DNA of 35,863 bases from the NCBI GenBank assembly GCA_048213135.1, contig PS015370.1, forward strand, positions 59,830-95,692, given 5' to 3'. Origin of the DNA: Reclinomonas americana ATCC 50394 (lineage: Eukaryota). Shown here one piece after another: positions 32,266 to 35,863 of the stretch. Under the pieces are notes generated by a model that saw nothing but the letters and a program-made list of their open reading frames with translations, was not told the origin of the DNA and did no database searches. The translations under genes and the position numbers were made by a program. The stretch's first letter is position 1. Every line of letters begins with the position of its first letter.

Positions 32266-34431
32266 TTTCTTCTCTTTCGCACCTCCTTCCCTCTCTTCTC
32301 TTGTCTCATTCTGTATCTTGGTCTGCTGTCTCTGCAGTCTGTCCCTCTCTCTCCCTCTTCTCATTCCTCTCTTTCTCTTCTCACTTCTCTCCGTTTTCTT
32401 CTCTTTCGCACCTCCTTCTTGCTTATCTCACGCTTTATCTCGCACTGCCTCTGCAGTCTCTACCTCGCCCCCTCTCTCTCTTCACTTCCTAGCCCCTTGT
32501 TCCTCTCCTTGCTCTGTTCTCTTCTCTCCTCTCTCTCTGTGCTCTCTTTTCTCGTTCATGCTGCCTTCCCTCTTGCTTGTCTTCCTGAATGTCTCGCGCT
32601 CTCGTTCGCATCTTTCCATGCTTTCTTGCATTCTCGCTTTTCTTCCCTTCGCTTGCTCTCCCCTCCATCCTCTTTCCTTGCATGCTGCATTCGCCTGATG
32701 CGGGGTCGTGTGCCAATTTTGTTTATTGGTGTGTCGCTTGTGTAAGGTGTGCCTGTTCATGTCGAAAATCGTGCGTTTCTTCATTGGTGTTGAGTTCTCT
32801 CCTTACTGTCGCCTCTCGCTCTCACGCGTCGCGTTTGCACCTGTTGCTTCCCCTTCCTTCTCACCCTTCGCTTCCCCTCTTCTCTTCCCTCGTTCGCTTC
32901 CCTCGTTCGCTTCCCTCGTTCGCTTCCCATTTTCTCCCCTTTGCTTCCCCCTTTGCTTCCGCCTTCCCCCCCTTTGCTTCCCTCTTTGCTTCCCCATTTC
33001 TCACTGTCCTCCCACCAGTGAATCCCCTCGACGTCGCCCGCGTCCGGATGCAAGTCGACAAGATACCCGGCACATCCACCTTGGTTCGCTCGATGCCTCC
33101 TGTCTCTTTGCATCTTTATCTTTCCACTCATCGTTGCATGCAGAGCGTCATGGCACAACTGCTGCGCGCGGACGGACCGCGCAGCTTGTATCGCGGCCTT
33201 GCGCCATCGCTAATCATGTCGCTGCCGGCGACCGGCTTCTACTTTACGCTGTACGAGACGCTGCGCGATCGGTTGCACGCGGCACAGATTGGCGGCAGCT
33301 ACGCACCGCTGCTGGCCGGCGCCACCGCCCGCACCATCACCACCTTCCTCACGTGTCCATTCGAGGTGCTCCGCACACGCCTGCAGTCGCAGTCGGGTGT
33401 GGAACTGGCCAAGGGGCTCGACATTCTGAGACTCGCCGTCAGTCGCAACGGCGTGCTCAGCCTGTGGACCGGCTTGGTGCCGACATTGATTCGTGATGTT
33501 CCATTTAGGTTTGTCTTGGGTTAATGTCATCTCTCTTTCTCTGCTCGTCACTCTGCTCCCTCCCCCTGTCGCTCTGCTCCCTCTCCCAGTCGCTCTGCTC
33601 CCTCTCCCAGTCGCTCTGCTCCCTCTCCCAGTCGCTCTGCTCCCTTTCCCTTGTCACTCTGCTCCCTCTCCCAGTCGCTCTGCTCCCTCTCCCAGTCGCT
33701 CTGCTCCCTCTCCCAGTCGCTCTGCTCCCTCTCCCAGTCGCTCTGCTGCTCTCTCTCTTTCTCTCTTCTCCTCTCTCCCAGTCGCTCTGCTCCTCTCCCA
33801 GTCGCTCTGCTCCTCTCCCAGTCGCTCTGCTGCTCTCTCTTTCTCTCTTCTCCTCTCCCCTTGTCGCTCTGCTCCCTCCCCCTCTCCTCCCTTTCCCTTC
33901 CTTCGCTCTCCTCCGCTCACCCCCCTTCTCCCTTTTCACCCCCTCCCGCAGTGCAATCTACTGGCTCGGCTACGAGTGGATCAAGGCCGGCGTGCATCGC
34001 ATCTCCTGGTGGCCCTCCGAATCGACCATACTGACGCCGTTTGTGGCCGGCGCCGTCTCCGGCAGCATCGCCGCCCTCATCACACTGCCAGTGGACGTCA
34101 TCAAAACGCTGTCGCAGTCGCAAATGGAGGTTTGTCGTGGGACGCTTTCTGCGCATTTGTTTCTGTGACTGACAGACATCGCAGGGTGATCGAGCGACAA
34201 AACGAACGCCCATGCAACACGCCAGGCATCTGTGGAAGGAAGAGGGCTTCCGCGGGTTCACGCGTGGCCTCGGGCCACGACTGCTGCGAGTGGCGCCGAG
34301 TTGTNNNNNNNNNNNNNNNNNNNNNNNNNNNNNNNNNNNNNNNNNNNNNNNNNGCCGTCACAATAGGTGTTTTTGAGATTGTCAAGAACCTACTGATTCA
34401 GCACGACGCATTCCGCGTCTCGCGAGAATGA
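31493..34431 (+). CDS. Mitochondrial carrier (SLC25), SLC25A39/40 / Mtm1-like
   Basis: Three carrier repeats NPLDVARVRMQ, CPFEVLRTRLQ and LPVDVIKT; SLYRGL-PSL-MS-PAT-FYFT-YE; LWTGL-PTL-RDVPFSAIYW--YE; RG--PRL-RVAPSCA. Exons 31493-31513, 31581-31950, 33019-33083, 33144-33508, 33952-34129, ~34186-34431 (with a small N gap). Confidence 0.88.
32160..32262. repeat. (CT)n microsatellite in the ~1.07-kb pyrimidine-rich carrier intron
   Basis: Directly visible. Confidence 0.95.
33545..33880. repeat. 21-bp minisatellite GTCGCTCTGCTCCCTCTCCCA in a carrier intron
   Basis: More than ten exact or degenerate tandem units visible. Confidence 0.9.
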
Positions 34432-34523
34432 TGAAGCACGATTCTTATAGTACGTTGCATCATCATCATCATCATTAGCGTATAAAAAGAGTATTGTTGT
34501 TTTGCCGTCTGTGAAATAGTGAT

Positions 34524-35863
34524 CTACTCGCTCGCCGCAGCTGGTGCCGCCGCCGCCGACGACGCGCCTCCACTCGTCAAATTCGCATTGTACTGCACAC
34601 GTGTGTAAGTCAACAATTGGTGGCTGCACTCGCGCATCAAGCACCGACCTCCTCCATGCGCTTGAGGAATTCCGTGGCGTCGTTCACCCACTCGGTGGCG
34701 CCCGCCTCCGCCGCCGCCGCCTTCACCTCGCGCATGCTCTTCAGCGTCTCGACGCCCACTGCTGTGTTCTCCGCCTGCGCCTTAGCAAACATGATGCGGC
34801 ACATGGACATGCGGGCGTGGATCAAGTGCGGCGACGTGTACGAGGTGCCGATGCGCGTGCGAATGGCAATCGCATTGTGCAACTGGCCCAGCCGTCAGTA
34901 CGTAAGTCAGCAACCACACACACACACTCGCACACACTCACCGCTCTCTCGCCCTCCTCACTCCACACAGTGTAGGCGCGCGTCAGCACGTTGCTGAGTG
35001 TGAGCATGACCATGGCGGCCAGCTCCGACGACTCCATCGACTGCGACCGCAGAATGCGCTGCACACTTCTCAGTTCATGCTCCGCCTCGTCCCACCGCTC
35101 CAGCAGCACCAGCACGGCGGCATAGTCTGCGACAATTAAATGAGCGAGTGCACAATACCGAAGAGTCTTTTTTCCACGTGTGCCTCACCGTGGCGAATCG
35201 AAGTCTCCAGCTGGCCAATCTGTAGACGGCGAGGATGAGCACCGAGGTGATACACAAACAGGGCGTGCATAACAAACCGCCGTCGAGGTCAGTGCCGACT
35301 TGGAGATGCCACTCGCAAAGCTGCGGCTGCTGTTGCGCGCCGCCTGCGCCAGCAATCGCAGCGATTCTTGCAGCTCCTTGGCCGCTGCGCCCTACGGTGA
35401 GAACCACACACACACACAGAGAGAGAGAAGTAAACGGAGAAAGACAGATGACACATCGACAAACCATCCTCGTACTTTTCCAAATGAGCGAGCGTGCCGC
35501 CCAGCTCAAAGTGCACATTCACCAACACATCGCCAAAGCGATCGGCCAGAGGGTCGGCCAGGATCTGGCGCAGCATCGCTTCCACCTGCCATAGCCAGAG
35601 TGAGACCCTCCTTCCTGCTCCACCCCATGCGCATCCCTTCGACTCACCTCCTCGTGCCTATCCAGCCTCTTCAAAGCGTGCGCCAATCGGAACCGCGCCT
35701 CACGCACATCATCGAGCGACCCGAGTCGCTCCGCCTGATCCATGAACAGCTGGGCTCGTCTGGCGAGCTCCTCGTCCGCACGCAGCGTCGCTTGCGCACA
35801 CTGCGCCAGGCGCTCGTACCTCAACTGCTCATGATCCCACGTACCGCCACACTCGCGCTCCTT
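34524..35863 (-). CDS. TPR-like helical-repeat protein, 5'-partial, multi-exon
   Basis: Spliced segments ARFRLAHALKRLDRHEEA, VHFELGGTLAHLEKYE-A, YAAVLVLLERWDEAE--L resemble TPR helices; last exon YNANLTSGG...ASE* ends at 34524. Confidence 0.65.

Noticed and set aside
34305-34353. Apparent frameshift in the last carrier exon
   Set aside because: It coincides with an N gap between ...VAPSC and AVTIG..., which are contiguous in this family; gap-size artefact or small intron.

Overview
Gene-dense, GC-rich, intron-rich draft sequence from a eukaryote, probably a protist (lineage not assignable), with eight N-gaps. Most introns are 57-110 nt, GT-AG, with CTCAC-like branch points; longer introns are filled with microsatellites. 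Genes in order: mitochondrial GatA/QRSL1 (+, 5'-partial); ecdysoneless/SGT1 (-); a cryptic 4-exon 131-aa ORF (-) whose stop lies 7 nt before the ECD start codon; KHDC4/RIK-like KH protein (+); a ~5.2-kb tandem duplication in which each unit carries a secreted triple beta-propeller/EGF protein and a small membrane protein; a large acidic protein with a C-terminal PH domain (-); two small secreted helical proteins with identical first-exon structure and shared palindromic upstream motifs (+); an SLC25A39/40 (Mtm1)-like mitochondrial carrier (+); and a 5'-partial TPR-like gene (-). All exon structures were assembled by eye from splice signals and reading-frame continuity. Most notable: the propeller cassette with hypervariable loops, the probable dicistronic ORF-ECD arrangement, and a recurrent GTTGCGT splice-donor class.
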